This document shows, one piece after another, positions 62,158 through 64,000 of a stretch of 64,000 bases of DNA. This stretch comes from Adineta vaga. Lineage: Eukaryota; Animalia; Rotifera. The stretch spans positions 1,302,001 through 1,366,000 of the forward strand of contig CP075496.1 of the NCBI GenBank assembly GCA_021613535.1, in the 5' to 3' direction. Made by a program: the position numbers and the translations under genes. Each line of letters opens with the position of its first letter. Position 1 is the stretch's first letter. The notes under the pieces are model-generated. The model was not told the origin of the DNA. It searched no databases and saw only the letters and a list, made by a program, of their open reading frames with translations.

Positions 62158-62829
62158 ATGTCTTCATTGAATAATATTACAAAACGTTTTGCTTTGATTC
62201 TTATTGACCCTCAAAATGGTTTTATAAACGATGGTTGTTGGGCACGAATGTTTCCTCCAGGTCAATCAACTCCAATTCTTGAAGCTTTTCATCATATTGT
62301 ATCATTTCTTCGTTCAATACCAAATCCTTCATCGATTCCAATTTTAATCAGTGAAACAGGTTTTTCTCACCATGATCGACAAATCTTTGAACCTATTGAA
62401 AATGAACTTTCACAATGCAATTTTCTCTCGATTACTCGTACTTATAAACCTCATACGAATCTTTCGGTATGTTCAGGTGTTCGTCAATGGTTACAAGAGC
62501 AAGTCCATGAAAATATTGATGTTGTTATTGGTGGATGTACAATAACGTCATGTGTACGTGATTCATCAATTCAAATAAAAAAGCTCTTTCCACAATTGAA
62601 ATTATTTGTGGATCAAAGTTTATGTGCAGCAAGAAAAGACAATTATATTCAAAGATGTCAAAAATGTTTGGAAAGATATATGATTCATGCATCACCACCA
62701 GTAGAGGAATGTGCAGTTTGTTTAGGAAAAGATTCAAATGAAAAAAGTATTTCACCTGTCGAATTAGCTTTTCAACAAATGAAAAATGCTGGAGTGAAGG
62801 TTGTTGGGCAATACACGCTGATGATTTAG
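62158..62829 (+). CDS. Intronless isochorismatase-family cysteine hydrolase with a CxxC..CxxC insertion
   Basis: ALILIDPQNGF (Asp), TYKPHTN (Lys), IGGCTITSCVRDS (Cys); CQKC...CAVC before the terminal AFQQMKNAGVKVV. Confidence 0.8.
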   Translation: MSSLNNITKRFALILIDPQNGFINDGCWARMFPPGQSTPILEAFHHIVSFLRSIPNPSSIPILISETGFSHHDRQIFEPIENELSQCNFLSITRTYKPHTNLSVCSGVRQWLQEQVHENIDVVIGGCTITSCVRDSSIQIKKLFPQLKLFVDQSLCAARKDNYIQRCQKCLERYMIHASPPVEECAVCLGKDSNEKSISPVELAFQQMKNAGVKVVGQYTLMI

Positions 62830-62884
62830 ATTAATATTAATATTATTAACATTGTTTTTATTATCGTCTTTTTATATTCGTTTT

Positions 62885-63115
62885 GCTTTAGACAATAATA
62901 AAGCATTTATTGATGATAATAAATCAGCTCGATCAGATTCAAATGAAAGATCCGTTTGTGATACAAGTAACATTTTCATGAAATTAGAAATAAATTATTA
63001 TCCTTTTGTTTAAAACCTGTTTTGATGAATAATAACAATCCAATAAGAATAAATCAACCGGCAAGTAAAGCAACGCAAAATGGTGGTAAGTTTATTTATG
63101 AGAAGAATTTAAAAT
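62885..63115 (+). repeat. Diverged partial duplicate of two Scm exons and introns (source ~60984-61210)
   Basis: tagacaata..aaatc.gctcgatcagattc.aatgaaagatc.gttt.tgatacaagtaacattttca..aatccaataa.aa.aaatcaacc.gc..caaaatggt.gta.gtttat. The second acceptor AG has become AA. Confidence 0.85.
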
Positions 63116-64000
63116 GTGAATGCGTCGATTATTCTATATTCTATTCGTCATATTTACCGTTTCAGGTAAAGATATTTGAGTGCGTTTCAATGGTGTTGGA
63201 AACTGATGTGGAATGACCCTTTACAGAAAATGATCAAATAGAAACACATGTAACATGTTATTTCGATTTTTATATTCTAAATTGATATTCCATCTTTATT
63301 ATTTGAATAATGATTACATGAACAGAAACAATATCAAAAGCAGTTTGGTAGGAACGAGTAATTTTCTTTTAATTTTCAAATGATGTTCGTATACATATAA
63401 ATAGATTGCTCTTAAAATAGATCTGATGATTGTTTCATATTGTTGAGAAACATTACTTATGCAAAGAATACGTCTTCCGTCGAAGAAAATTTATACTAAA
63501 ATGTCTAAACAAAACAGAAATTTCGATGGATTGTATCGAGAACAGTGAAATGCAACTGATGATTTTTTTAGTGCTGTTTGTTATAGCGGTCTTGGTAAGA
63601 TACACTCATTAATTGTAACAAAGCAGAAATACAATCGAAAATGTTTAAATAATTTTGTATCTATCGTTAATTCGATTTAGATTATGTCTTGTAATATTTT
63701 ATAAAAATTCTTTTATATGATCGTTTTTTATTTGTTTCACTCATATTAAAAGACATTCAATCACAAATAAATCGATCGATTTCCATAAAGTTCATTATGA
63801 GAACTCAATTAAGATGGATGAGATAATAAAATCTATCTCAATGGAACAAACATATTCTATTCGATGTCATTCATCATACATATAGATTGTTCACATAACT
63901 AATAGCAATAGAAATGACGCTCATAAGTACAATTTTGTTGTCCAACTTCTTCGATGACTTTGTTCATCGACACATTGAGTAAATATATACTCAGTCATTC

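Overview
AT-rich, gene-dense eukaryotic DNA with many ~50-60 nt GT-AG introns. The gene content (metazoan genes plus intronless foreign-looking genes, bacterial-type Kelch repeats, TPR and coiled-coil relics) suggests a bdelloid rotifer; this is an inference. Genes in order: 3' end of a neuronal calcium sensor; NET-family (elbow/noc/ZNF503-like) gene; orphan GPCR; nonsense-disrupted secreted PAN-Kelch gene; EML5/6; an unknown gene; FAM13-like; fucosyltransferase-like; TSSK; a second truncated NET paralog; group XII sPLA2; a large protein with ~29 13-aa repeats; a 33-38.5 kb island of pseudogenes; NPY-type GPCR; ANKRD45-like; SRSF7-like; an EGF membrane protein; a neuropeptide precursor; TMEM62; RBBP6; Scm (apparent frameshift); an intronless cysteine hydrolase; and a partial Scm duplicate. 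Best leads: an apparently unfamiliar PLWxSR neuropeptide precursor near an NPY-type receptor; the 13-aa repeat array (possible multivalent LC8 scaffold or beta-solenoid); two linked NET paralogs with a dense TCF/LEF site cluster; an SRSF7-type poison exon; a candidate RBBP6 intronic-polyadenylation isoform; and an operon-like Scm-to-cysteine-hydrolase arrangement. Gene models were spliced by eye and no database searches were run.
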